Shown in pieces: positions 56,297 to 64,000 of a stretch of DNA of 64,000 bases (its first letter is position 1; every line of letters starts with the position of its first letter). The stretch is taken from the NCBI GenBank assembly GCA_020027875.1, contig JAHRHA010000013.1, forward strand, positions 1,885 through 65,884, written 5' to 3'. The stretch is from Micromonosporaceae bacterium (GTDB lineage Bacteria; Actinomycetota; Actinomycetes; Mycobacteriales; Micromonosporaceae). Under the pieces are notes generated by a model. That model saw only the letters and a program-made list of their open reading frames with translations, was not told where the DNA came from and made no database searches. Position numbers and translations under genes: made by a program.

Positions 56297-57174
56297 CCCA
56301 GGCGAGCCAGCGACCCGGCGAGGAGCGGCGGTTCGCCCCCGACTTCCTGTTGGAGCTGTTCTCAAACCCCCTCGACCCGGGGTACGCCGACGCGGCGGCT
56401 CGCCGCGCCACGTACGGCCCGAAGCCACCCTGGCGCAGGCGCGGCGCCCTGGTCCTGCGCACGATGGCGTTGGCGGCCGTCGGGTTCCTGCTCGTCGTCG
56501 CCTGGCGCGAGGCGGCCGCCGCCGAGCCCGATCGCACCAGCGCCCACGCAGGGCTCGTAGACGAGGTCAAGACCGCGCAGGAGCGTACCGACGAACTCCA
56601 GGTGCAGAGCGACCGGTTGCGCCAAGAGGTGAGGGTGCAGCAGCAGGCGGCTCTGGGTGGCTCTGCCGAGGAGCTGGCGCGCGTGCGGGAGCGGGAAGCG
56701 GCGGCCGGGCTGGCTCCGGTGACCGGCTCCGGCGTGGTCGTCCGGTTGGCCGACGCGCCGGTTCCGATCGACCCAACCACCGGGAAGCCTTCGGGCGCCG
56801 AGGTGAGCCGGGTTCTCGACGTCGACCTGCAGGCCGTGGTCAACGGATTGTGGGCGGCGGACGCCGAAGCCATCTCGATCAACGGTCAGCGCCTCACGTC
56901 GACGTCCACGATCCGGACGGCAGGCCACGCGGTGCTGGTCGACTTCCGGCCGGTCACCAGCCCGTACGAGGTCTCCGCCATCGGCCCTGACAATCTCGAG
57001 GCGCGGTTTAAGCGCTCTGTCGCGGCGGCGAGCATGCGGGAGCTGGTCGACCAGTACGGTCTCGGCTTCTCGACCCGGGAAGAGAGCGGCCTGCGCCTAC
57101 CCGCGTCACCCGGAACTGGCCTCCGATACGCACGTCCTGCTGGCTCGCCCTCACCCTCCAGAGGTGTCCGATGA
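56293..57174 (+). CDS. DUF881 domain protein (Rv1823-like)
   Basis: 'VTGSGVVVRLADA...LQAVVNGLWAADAEAISINGQRLTSTSTIR...PYEVSAIGP'. ATGA overlap with the upstream gene. Confidence 0.85.
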   Translation: MTQASQRPGEERRFAPDFLLELFSNPLDPGYADAAARRATYGPKPPWRRRGALVLRTMALAAVGFLLVVAWREAAAAEPDRTSAHAGLVDEVKTAQERTDELQVQSDRLRQEVRVQQQAALGGSAEELARVREREAAAGLAPVTGSGVVVRLADAPVPIDPTTGKPSGAEVSRVLDVDLQAVVNGLWAADAEAISINGQRLTSTSTIRTAGHAVLVDFRPVTSPYEVSAIGPDNLEARFKRSVAAASMRELVDQYGLGFSTREESGLRLPASPGTGLRYARPAGSPSPSRGVR

Positions 57175-57503
57175 TCGCCTTTCTCGCGCTGATCGCCGGC
57201 GTGGTGGCCGGGGTCCTGCTGGAACCGACCGTCCCGGTCGGGTTGCAGCCGTACCTGCCGATCGCCGTCGTGGCCGCGCTGGACGCGGTGTTCGGCGGCA
57301 TCCGGGCCAAGCTCGACGGCGTCTTCGATGACAAGCAGTTCGTGATTTCGTTCGTCTCCAACGTGATCGTGGCGGCGTTCATCGTGTACCTCGGCGACCA
57401 GCTCGGCGTCGGGGGCCAGCTCTCGACCGGTGTGGTCGTGGTCCTTGGAGTACGCATCTTCGGCAACGTCGCCGCCATCCGCCGCCACCTGTTCCGGGCC
57501 TGA
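57171..57503 (+). CDS. small basic membrane protein (Sbp/DUF1290, Rv1824-like)
   Basis: 110 aa, three hydrophobic helices, C-terminal 'NVAAIRRHLFRA'. Overlaps the upstream stop. Confidence 0.85.
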   Translation: MIAFLALIAGVVAGVLLEPTVPVGLQPYLPIAVVAALDAVFGGIRAKLDGVFDDKQFVISFVSNVIVAAFIVYLGDQLGVGGQLSTGVVVVLGVRIFGNVAAIRRHLFRA

Positions 57504-57510
57504 GGCGGGC

Positions 57511-58353
57511 ATGGACGAAAGAACCGATCCCGCCGAGAACCCGCCCGAGACGGGCACGGGCTGGCCAACCGAGGCCAGTGCGCCGGACGAGGCGAATGTG
57601 GCGGACGAGGCCAGTGCGCCTCACGAGGCCGCGGCGGAGCCTGCGCCGGCCACCCAGCGCCGGTGGCGCCTATCCACCGCCGGTGCCATGATCGGCCTTC
57701 TCATCGGCCTGCTCGCGTTCGCCCTCGTGGTGCAGGTCAAGAGCAACGTCGGCGACACCCAGCTCGAGAATGCGCGCCAAGACGATCTCGTACGCATCCT
57801 GTCCGATCTCAACTCGCGCGAGGTTCGACTGCGTTCGGAGATCACTACGCTCGAGCGCACGCTGAGCCAGCTCGGCGCCGGCGCGCAGGGGCGGGAGGCG
57901 GCGCTGGCCGAGGCCCGCCGCCGCGCCGACGAGCTCGGCATTCTCGCCGGCACCCTGGCCGCACAGGGCGAAGGGCTGAGCATCCGACTGGTACCACGTG
58001 ACCAGCCGATTCGAGCCGCCACGGTGCTCGAGGCGGTGGAGGAGCTTCGCGGCGCCGGCGCCGAGGCGATGCAGATCGCGGGAGCCTCTGGAACCCCCGT
58101 ACGCGTCGTCGCCTCCACGTACTTCATCGACGGCGCCGATGGGCTGGTCGTGGATGGGCGCACGCTCACCGGCCCGTACACGATCACGGTCATCGGCCCG
58201 GCTACGACCATGCGTACCGCGCTTACCATTCCCGGCGGTGTCGCCGACGCGGTCGCGCGGGATGGCGGTAACGTCATCGTCGATGAGCCCGGCGAGGTCA
58301 GGGTGGACGCGCTGCACCCCGCCGAGGATCTGCAGTACGCCGAGCCGGCCTAG
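57511..58353 (+). CDS. DUF881 domain protein (Rv1825-like)
   Basis: TM 'AMIGLLIGLLAFALVV', coiled-coil, and 'GEGLSIRLVP...ELRGAGAEAMQIAG...PYTITVIGP'. ATG at 57511. Confidence 0.85.
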   Translation: MDERTDPAENPPETGTGWPTEASAPDEANVADEASAPHEAAAEPAPATQRRWRLSTAGAMIGLLIGLLAFALVVQVKSNVGDTQLENARQDDLVRILSDLNSREVRLRSEITTLERTLSQLGAGAQGREAALAEARRRADELGILAGTLAAQGEGLSIRLVPRDQPIRAATVLEAVEELRGAGAEAMQIAGASGTPVRVVASTYFIDGADGLVVDGRTLTGPYTITVIGPATTMRTALTIPGGVADAVARDGGNVIVDEPGEVRVDALHPAEDLQYAEPA

Positions 58354-58391
58354 CCGCCCGACACAGCGGCCCACACGCGAGAGGTGTTGTT

Positions 58392-58778
58392 GTGATCCCT
58401 GAGGACCTTCGTTACACCGACAAACACGAGTGGGTCTCACCGCTGCAGGCGGGGGCCACGGTCCGGGTCGGTATCACCGACTACGCGCAGGACGCGCTCG
58501 GCGACATCGTCTTCGTGGAGTTGCCGGAGGCGGGCGCCACGGTGGAGGCCGGGCAGCCGTTTGGCGAGGTCGAGTCAACAAAGAGCGCCTCGGAGATCTA
58601 CGCGCCCGTGACCGGCACAGTGATGGCCAGAAACGAGCAACTCAAGGACAAGCCTGAGCTGATCAACTCCGATCCGTACGGGGCGGGCTGGCTCATCGAG
58701 ATCGAGCCGGCCGACCCGGGCGCCGTCGACGACCTGCTCGACGCGAGCGCGTACGCCGCGGTGATCGAACAGAGTTGA
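58392..58778 (+). CDS. gcvH: glycine cleavage system protein H
   Basis: 'YTDKHEWV', 'VGITDYAQDALGDIVFVELPE' and the lipoyl-lysine context 'EVESTKSASEIYAPV'. GTG after GAGAGG. Confidence 0.95.
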   Translation: MIPEDLRYTDKHEWVSPLQAGATVRVGITDYAQDALGDIVFVELPEAGATVEAGQPFGEVESTKSASEIYAPVTGTVMARNEQLKDKPELINSDPYGAGWLIEIEPADPGAVDDLLDASAYAAVIEQS

Positions 58779-58938
58779 CCGGTCCGCGCCCGCGCGTCCG
58801 GTTGACCCGATGTTTTAGGCATAGCTAGGCTCGCCGAGTCGACCGTTGACCAACGGCCGGCGTACCGTTCTTGGCACATGTGGGTGTCCGTCCACATGTC
58901 TAGCCCGGTGCCGACGTTTCGATCCGTGAGGTGGTCCC

Positions 58939-59379
58939 ATGACGCGCCCAGACGACGAGTACCCCCCGCTCGACGTCACATCGACGCTGCACATGGGCTC
59001 CCTCGACGAGGTGTTGGAGGGCGACACCGAGGTCGTGCCGAGCCGGGTGGCGGGCCATCTGCCGCCGGGCATGGCATTGCTCATCGTGCGCCGAGGCCCC
59101 AATGCCGGGGCGCGCTTCCTGCTGGAACGCGACGTAACGACCAGTGGCCGCCACCCGGACAGCGATATCTTCCTCGACGACGTCACCGTGTCGCGCCGGC
59201 ACGCGGAGTTCCACCGGGGCTCGAGCGGATTCACGGTGCGTGACGTCGGCAGCCTGAACGGTACGTACGTCAACCGTGAGCGGGTCGAATCGGCCACCCT
59301 CAGCAACAGCGACGAGGTGCAGATCGGCAAGTTCCGGCTCGTCTTCATCGCGGGACCTCGGCTCGACGACGTGACCTGA
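58939..59379 (+). CDS. garA: FHA-domain protein, GarA/OdhI-like
   Basis: 'GRHPDSDIFLDDVTVSRRHAEF...VRDVGSLNGTYVNRE' FHA core with a Thr-containing N-terminal tail ('DVTSTL'). Position after gcvH matches M. tuberculosis. Confidence 0.85.
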   Translation: MTRPDDEYPPLDVTSTLHMGSLDEVLEGDTEVVPSRVAGHLPPGMALLIVRRGPNAGARFLLERDVTTSGRHPDSDIFLDDVTVSRRHAEFHRGSSGFTVRDVGSLNGTYVNRERVESATLSNSDEVQIGKFRLVFIAGPRLDDVT

Positions 59380-59406
59380 CAACGCGCAAGGGGGGACAGT
59401 CCAGCG

Positions 59407-60207
59407 GTGACGGCGATGGACGCGGCGCGGGATCTACTCCGCGGCGAGCCGGTCATGAGCATCGGCGAGGTGCTGGCCCGGCTCCGGCCCGAGTTCCCCG
59501 ATGTCACCATCTCCAAGCTCCGCTTTCTCGAGGCCGAAGGGCTGGTCGAGCCGATGCGGGCGCCGTCGGGCTACCGTAAGTTCACCCCCGCGCACGTCGA
59601 GCGGCTGCGCTTCGTCCTCGCTGCCCAGCGAGATCGCTACCTTCCGTTGCGCGTGATCCGCGAGCAGATCGACGCGATGGAACGTGGCGAGCGGGTCGTC
59701 GGTCTGGCACCGGCGCCGACCGCACCGACGGCGACGGCACCGAGGCCACCCGTATCGAGGCCACCCGCACCGACGGCGTCCGTGCCGACGCCGCCCGCCG
59801 CGTACGTCGTACCGCAGGTCCGGGTCGAGCTCGGCGACTCACGCCTGACGAGGGCGCAGCTCGCCGAGCGGTCCGGCCTCGATGAGGCCCGGCTCGAAGA
59901 TCTTGAGCAGTACGGGCTGCTGGTGCCCACCGCGAACGGCTACTACGGGGGAGACGCCCTCACGGTGGCGCGCATCGCCGCCCAGCTTGCCGACTACGGG
60001 ATCGAGGGGCGCCACCTGCGTCCGTACCGTGCCACCGCCGATCGCGAGGTGGGTCTGCTGGCCCAGTTGGTGCCGCCGCTGGCTCGCCAGGCGGGGGCCA
60101 ATGGGCGCGCCCAGGCGCTGGCGACGGTGCACGAACTGGCCGCGCTCTGCGCTCAACTACACGGCGCGCTCGTGCGCCAAGGGCTGCGTCAGGTGCTGGG
60201 TCCGTGA
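59407..60207 (+). CDS. MerR-family transcriptional regulator (Rv1828/FtsR-like)
   Basis: 'MSIGEVLARLRPEFPDVTISKLRFLEAEGLVEPMRAPSGYRKF' HTH, a Pro-rich linker and a C-terminal dimerisation part. Confidence 0.85.
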   Translation: MTAMDAARDLLRGEPVMSIGEVLARLRPEFPDVTISKLRFLEAEGLVEPMRAPSGYRKFTPAHVERLRFVLAAQRDRYLPLRVIREQIDAMERGERVVGLAPAPTAPTATAPRPPVSRPPAPTASVPTPPAAYVVPQVRVELGDSRLTRAQLAERSGLDEARLEDLEQYGLLVPTANGYYGGDALTVARIAAQLADYGIEGRHLRPYRATADREVGLLAQLVPPLARQAGANGRAQALATVHELAALCAQLHGALVRQGLRQVLGP

Positions 60208-60295
60208 CCGACTCGTACCGGCACCCGTCGCCGCGCGCGTGTACCGTGCAGAAGAGGTACGCCAAAAGGTGTGATCCAGCGGTACGGAGGCTGCG

Positions 60296-60760
60296 GTGCG
60301 CGAGCTGAGCGTGGTCGGAGTACGGGTCGAGCTGCCCAGCAACCAGCCGATCGTGCTGCTGCGCGAGGTCGAGGGTGACCGTTATCTACCGATCTGGATC
60401 GGTGCCGTGGAGGCGACCGCGATCGCGTACGAGCAGCAGGGCGTCAAGCCCGCTCGGCCACTCACCCATGACCTGCTTCGCGACATTCTCGCGGCATTGA
60501 AGACCCCGCTGCACGCGGTCGAGATCATGGAGATGAAAGAGAACATCTTTTACGCCGAGTTGATCCTGGGTGAGGGGGTTCGGGTGTCGGCTCGGCCGAG
60601 CGACTCGATCGCGCTCGCACTGCGCGTCGGGGCGCCCATCCGCTGCGCCGAGCAGGTCCTCACCGAGGCCGGCATCGTCATTCCGGACGAGCAGGAGGAC
60701 GAGGTGGAGAAGTTCCGCGAGTTTCTCGAGCAGGTAAGCCCGGAGGACTTCGCCGGCTGA
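60296..60760 (+). CDS. bifunctional nuclease family protein (DUF151, Rv1829-like)
   Basis: 'VVGVRVELPSNQPIVLLRE...YLPIWIGAVEATAIA...RPLTHDL'. GTG 6 nt after GGAGG. Confidence 0.85.
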   Translation: MRELSVVGVRVELPSNQPIVLLREVEGDRYLPIWIGAVEATAIAYEQQGVKPARPLTHDLLRDILAALKTPLHAVEIMEMKENIFYAELILGEGVRVSARPSDSIALALRVGAPIRCAEQVLTEAGIVIPDEQEDEVEKFREFLEQVSPEDFAG

Positions 60761-60879
60761 CCAACCATTCGCCGCCGACCGGTCGTGTACGCGGCGTGTC
60801 GCTTATGATGCGCTGGGATAACTCTCGATTCGCCCTGTAGGGTGATGAAGAGCACCGAGCGGCGGGGAGGTTGTCGCGA

Positions 60880-61461
60880 ATGCAGCATTCTGCGAATCCG
60901 GGTGAGTCGATCTCGGACGGCGTGGCCTCTACTGTCATGGAACGGTCCGAGCAGGCGGTGGGTTATCGCGGCGTGACTGCGTGCTCGGCCGCTGGGATCA
61001 CCTATCGGCAGCTGGACTACTGGGCCCGCACCGGCCTGGTCGTGCCCAGTGTCCGCGACGCCTCGGGCTCCGGTACGCAGCGTCTCTACTCATTCCGCGA
61101 CATTGTCGTGCTCAAGGTGGTCAAGCGGCTGCTTGACGCTGGCGTCTCGCTGCAGAACATCCGGAAGGCCATCGAGACGCTGCGGCAGTGGGGCGAGGAT
61201 GATCTCGCCACGATGACGCTCATCTCGGACGGCACGACCGTCTACGAGTGCCGCTCCGCCGAGGAGGTCGTCGACCTGCTCCAGGGCGGCCAGGGCGTCT
61301 TTGGCATCGCCATCGGCGGCGCCTTCAAGGAGATCCAAGGTTCGCTCGCCGAATTGCCGGCCGCCAGCAGCGCCGAGGACGAGCCGTCGGCCGAGGGCAC
61401 CGAGTCGACGCCTTCGATGGACGAACTCGCGGCTCGCCGCGCCCGGCGCCGCGCCGGCTGA
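60880..61461 (+). CDS. MerR-family transcriptional regulator (Rv1830-like)
   Basis: 'ITYRQLDYWARTGLVVPSVRDASGSGTQRLYSFRDIVVLKVVKRLLDAGVSLQNIRKAI'. ATG 60880 follows GGGGAGG. Confidence 0.85.
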   Translation: MQHSANPGESISDGVASTVMERSEQAVGYRGVTACSAAGITYRQLDYWARTGLVVPSVRDASGSGTQRLYSFRDIVVLKVVKRLLDAGVSLQNIRKAIETLRQWGEDDLATMTLISDGTTVYECRSAEEVVDLLQGGQGVFGIAIGGAFKEIQGSLAELPAASSAEDEPSAEGTESTPSMDELAARRARRRAG

Positions 61462-61476
61462 CTGCCGCCGCACCCG

Positions 61477-62292
61477 CTAGTCCGTACGGTCGAGCCCTGG
61501 TCTATCGAACCGTGCGCGGACGAGTAGGTCGTGCAGCGCTCCGTACGTGGACGGTCGCTCCGGCAGGTGCGACTCCGCTGAGGCCTCGACGAGAGTGGCG
61601 CGCAGGCGGGTGACGTCCCGTGCCAAGATCGCGGAGTCCGGCAGACCGGGCGACCCAACCCAGGCCCGATGCTCGCCGGCGGCCTTCGCTGCGATGAGGT
61701 CCGGAATGTAAGGCAGGGTGTGGCCGGTCCATAGTCGACGGAGATCGGCCTCGATCTCACCGGTACGCATGAGGTGGATCCCGGTGAGGAGGACTCGCAG
61801 CGAATACAGAGCTGGTTTGAGCTCACCGGTCTCGGCGAAGAGCTTCCACTGGGTCTCGGCGAAGCCGAGATAGTGGTGTGCGTGGTGGCGGGTCAGGCAA
61901 CCGGGTGCGAGCGCCGTTAGCTCCTCGTGGGTCTGCGTGGTGCGCACCACGAGGGGCGAGAGCAGCTGCTCGGCCACGTACCCGTTGGGCTTGAGCAGCA
62001 GTCTGAGAAACTTCCCGAGGTCGTGGGTGACCAGATCTAGCTCCACGCCGTCGCGGACCCCGCCCTTCTGCAGAGTCTGCGGCCCATGACGGAGCCCGAC
62101 GACCTCCTCCGCCGGCAGCAGGTGTACCCCGCGCAGGTCCACATCGGAGTCGACCGAGGCGAAGCCGTAGAGGTGTGCGCCGGAGACGGTCACGAAGACG
62201 GTCGGGTACGAAATCTCGTCGGCGACATCGCCTACCCAGCAGGGCACACCGGTGTTGCCCCCGGTGTTGCCGACGGTACGGTCGACGGTCAC
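61477..62292 (-). CDS. nucleotidyltransferase (Pol-beta superfamily, PF10127/RlaP-like)
   Basis: 'VSGAHLYGFASVDSDVDLRGVH' G-S/x-YG...SDxD motif and a helical C-terminal half. Overlaps the upstream paralogue by 4 nt. Confidence 0.75.
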   Translation of the reverse strand: MTVDRTVGNTGGNTGVPCWVGDVADEISYPTVFVTVSGAHLYGFASVDSDVDLRGVHLLPAEEVVGLRHGPQTLQKGGVRDGVELDLVTHDLGKFLRLLLKPNGYVAEQLLSPLVVRTTQTHEELTALAPGCLTRHHAHHYLGFAETQWKLFAETGELKPALYSLRVLLTGIHLMRTGEIEADLRRLWTGHTLPYIPDLIAAKAAGEHRAWVGSPGLPDSAILARDVTRLRATLVEASAESHLPERPSTYGALHDLLVRARFDRPGLDRTD

Positions 62293-62981
62293 AGGTGCTC
62301 TCCACAGGCGCTAGCAAGACGGATACGGACGAGAAAGTCTGACACCGCCGCCCGGTCTGGCTCCACCGGTAACTGCGTCATGTCGGCCGCCTTGGTCAGC
62401 TCCTCACCGATTCGTCGCGCCCATGCCCGTACGTCCTCATAGCTCACCTCGCCACGCCGCACCGCCAGTAGTCGATCGCGGTGCTCGCTCACGTCGACGA
62501 GGACCTCGCCGGTACGCAGCACGTGTCCCCCGGCGAGGAGCAGGCGCAGCATGTGCATCGCCTGTTTCCAGCGCACCTCACCGGTGCGGCGGAGTGTGCT
62601 GTCGATGCGAGCCATCTGGTCCTTGGCGTAGCCGCCGTAAGTCTCACCCACGCGTGTTGACAGGAAGCCACCTCTCAGCGCCAGCAGTTCGCGGCCGCTG
62701 GCATCCATGTGCTCCACGAGAGGTGACCAGAGGCACTCGAGTACGGTCGGGTTCGCCTGCAGCGCGAGGATGCAACAGCGCTCCAGCTCCCAGGAGAACT
62801 GCTCATCGGGACCCTCCACATGCGATGGCGGCTTCTTCAGGCCCCAGAACATACGTGTGGGCGCGAGATAGACGCCACGTCGGTCGACGTCCGAGTCCGG
62901 TCCGGCGAGTCCGTACGCCTGCGACCCGACCACGCAGGAGTAGATCGTGTGATCGAGGACGAGCCGGTGTGCGTCACTCAT
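62289..62981 (-). CDS. nucleotidyltransferase (Pol-beta superfamily, PF10127/RlaP-like)
   Basis: 'VVGSQAYGLAGPDSDVDRRGVY' motif. 230 aa. Paralogous architecture to 61477..62292. Confidence 0.75.
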   Translation of the reverse strand: MSDAHRLVLDHTIYSCVVGSQAYGLAGPDSDVDRRGVYLAPTRMFWGLKKPPSHVEGPDEQFSWELERCCILALQANPTVLECLWSPLVEHMDASGRELLALRGGFLSTRVGETYGGYAKDQMARIDSTLRRTGEVRWKQAMHMLRLLLAGGHVLRTGEVLVDVSEHRDRLLAVRRGEVSYEDVRAWARRIGEELTKAADMTQLPVEPDRAAVSDFLVRIRLASACGEHL

Positions 62982-63037
62982 GTCGGCCTATGCTCCCACG
63001 CCGCACCCGTACTCTGCGTTCGGGCAGACTGTTGGCC

Positions 63038-64000
63038 GTGGAGTTCCTGATCGTCCGCAACCCCGACCCCGGGTCGCGGCTGCCCTACCTGATCCGCCTC
63101 CCGCTGGCGGGCGGGTTGGTGTTCCGTACGGCGGGGACGTGGCCCCGGACGAAGGCGCTCTACTGCCATCCGGCGCCGGTCGACGAGTGGCCCGGAGAGC
63201 CGGAGGTCATCGAGCGGGTGCCGGTGCGATCCTGCGTACGCCGGGGCGCCGCGATCGACCTGGTGCTTGAGCGTGCCCGGGAGAACCGATCGCAGATCGT
63301 CTACACCACTGCCCGTGGGCGTGAGATGGTGTTCTGGCAGTCTCCCCGTACCCGTAAGCAGGCCCGACCCGACGTTCGTACCCCCACCGCCCGCGCCGCC
63401 GGCCTCGCCGACCTGCAGATCATCGTCGACGCCCGCGAGCAGTACGCCTACCGGTTCGCCGACAAGAAGGTCAGCGTGGTTCGGCGGGCGCTGCCGTGCG
63501 GTGACTACGGGACGGCGGTGGACGGCCGCCTGGTTGCGGCGGTAGAGCGCAAGTCGCTGCCTGACCTGGTCTCCAGCCTGATCGGTGGGACTCTTCGTTA
63601 CGCCCTTGGCGAGCTGGCCGCGCTTCCCCGTGCCGCGGTGGCGGTCGAGGACCGATACTCCCAACTGTTCAAGCTCGACCGGGTCCGGCCGTCGATGGTC
63701 GCCGACGGCCTGGCGGAGCTTCAGGTCCGCTGGCCCAACGTGGCGATCGTGTTCTGCGAGACGAGGCCGCTGGCGGAGGAGTATGTCTACCGGTACCTCG
63801 CGGCCGCGTACACGTGGGCCACGACCGAGTCCGCCGCGTTGGAGCGGCTGCGCGCGCCGATGATTGGCGAGCTGACCTCGGCGCCGGACGCTCCTGGTCC
63901 GTCCACTGCAGAGGTCCGAGCCTGGGCCAAGCGGGCCGGACTTCCGGTGGCTGCCGGGGGTCGGCTGCGCCCGGAGGTATGGGTGGCGTGGCACGACGTG
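63038..64000 (+). CDS. ERCC4-type nuclease with C-terminal Lsr2-like DNA-binding domain (3' end beyond the window)
   Basis: Absent from the ORF track because it is open at the window end; hand-translated from GTG 63038. 'IIVDAREQ...LPCGDYGTAV...VAAVERKSLPDLVSS' gives the ERCC4 GDxn-ERKxxxD motif. The tail 'AEVRAWAKRAGLPVAAGGRLRPEVWVAWH' parallels Lsr2 '[29 protein letters not shown]'. Confidence 0.75.
   Translation, partial: MEFLIVRNPDPGSRLPYLIRLPLAGGLVFRTAGTWPRTKALYCHPAPVDEWPGEPEVIERVPVRSCVRRGAAIDLVLERARENRSQIVYTTARGREMVFWQSPRTRKQARPDVRTPTARAAGLADLQIIVDAREQYAYRFADKKVSVVRRALPCGDYGTAVDGRLVAAVERKSLPDLVSSLIGGTLRYALGELAALPRAAVAVEDRYSQLFKLDRVRPSMVADGLAELQVRWPNVAIVFCETRPLAEEYVYRYLAAAYTWATTESAALERLRAPMIGELTSAPDAPGPSTAEVRAWAKRAGLPVAAGGRLRPEVWVAWHDV

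Noticed and set aside
62978-63994. 338-aa minus-strand ORF covering the last kilobase
   Set aside because: It is Arg/Pro/Gly-rich with low-complexity composition typical of antisense frames in high-GC DNA. The plus strand here encodes a motif-bearing ERCC4/Lsr2-like protein, so the minus ORF is taken as a shadow ORF.

Overview
High-GC (~70%) actinobacterial chromosomal window, almost fully coding: about 65 supported protein genes, and no rRNA, tRNA or CRISPR seen. All calls come from reading the translations and DNA by eye; no database search was possible.

Left part: a dormancy-type module (orphan DevR/DosR-like regulator, three Acg-type nitroreductase paralogues, a GerW-like protein). It also holds secreted BNR/propeller proteins and a membrane desaturase next to a BfaA/BfaB-type pair (FAD oxidoreductase plus CFA-synthase-like methyltransferase, the 10-methyl fatty acid route).

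Middle: GH9 and CE4 enzymes, then an ECF sigma/anti-sigma pair in line with a MatB/PgaC-like deacetylase-GT2 exopolysaccharide synthase and an LPXTG protein. Assorted redox enzymes follow. A MacB-type ABC exporter (lipoprotein, adaptor, ATPase, permease) lies divergent from an OmpR/HK pair. There is also a small decayed mobile-DNA patch (IS630 and ImmA/IrrE remnants, tandem repeats).

Right part: a deacetylase-C45-App1 operon and two FKBP isomerases separated by an 18-nt VNTR. ileS is followed directly by a divergent IleRS-like paralogue whose HIGH- and KMSKS-equivalent motifs are degraded while editing motifs are intact. Then come a split RibD-like pair and the conserved pgsA2-DUF881-sbp-DUF881-gcvH-garA-merR-nuclease-merR block (M. 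tuberculosis Rv1822-Rv1830 synteny). The window ends with two PF10127-type nucleotidyltransferases divergent from an ERCC4 nuclease carrying an Lsr2-type DNA-binding tail.

The IleRS pseudo-synthetase and the NTase/ERCC4-Lsr2 locus are the best candidates for undescribed biology.
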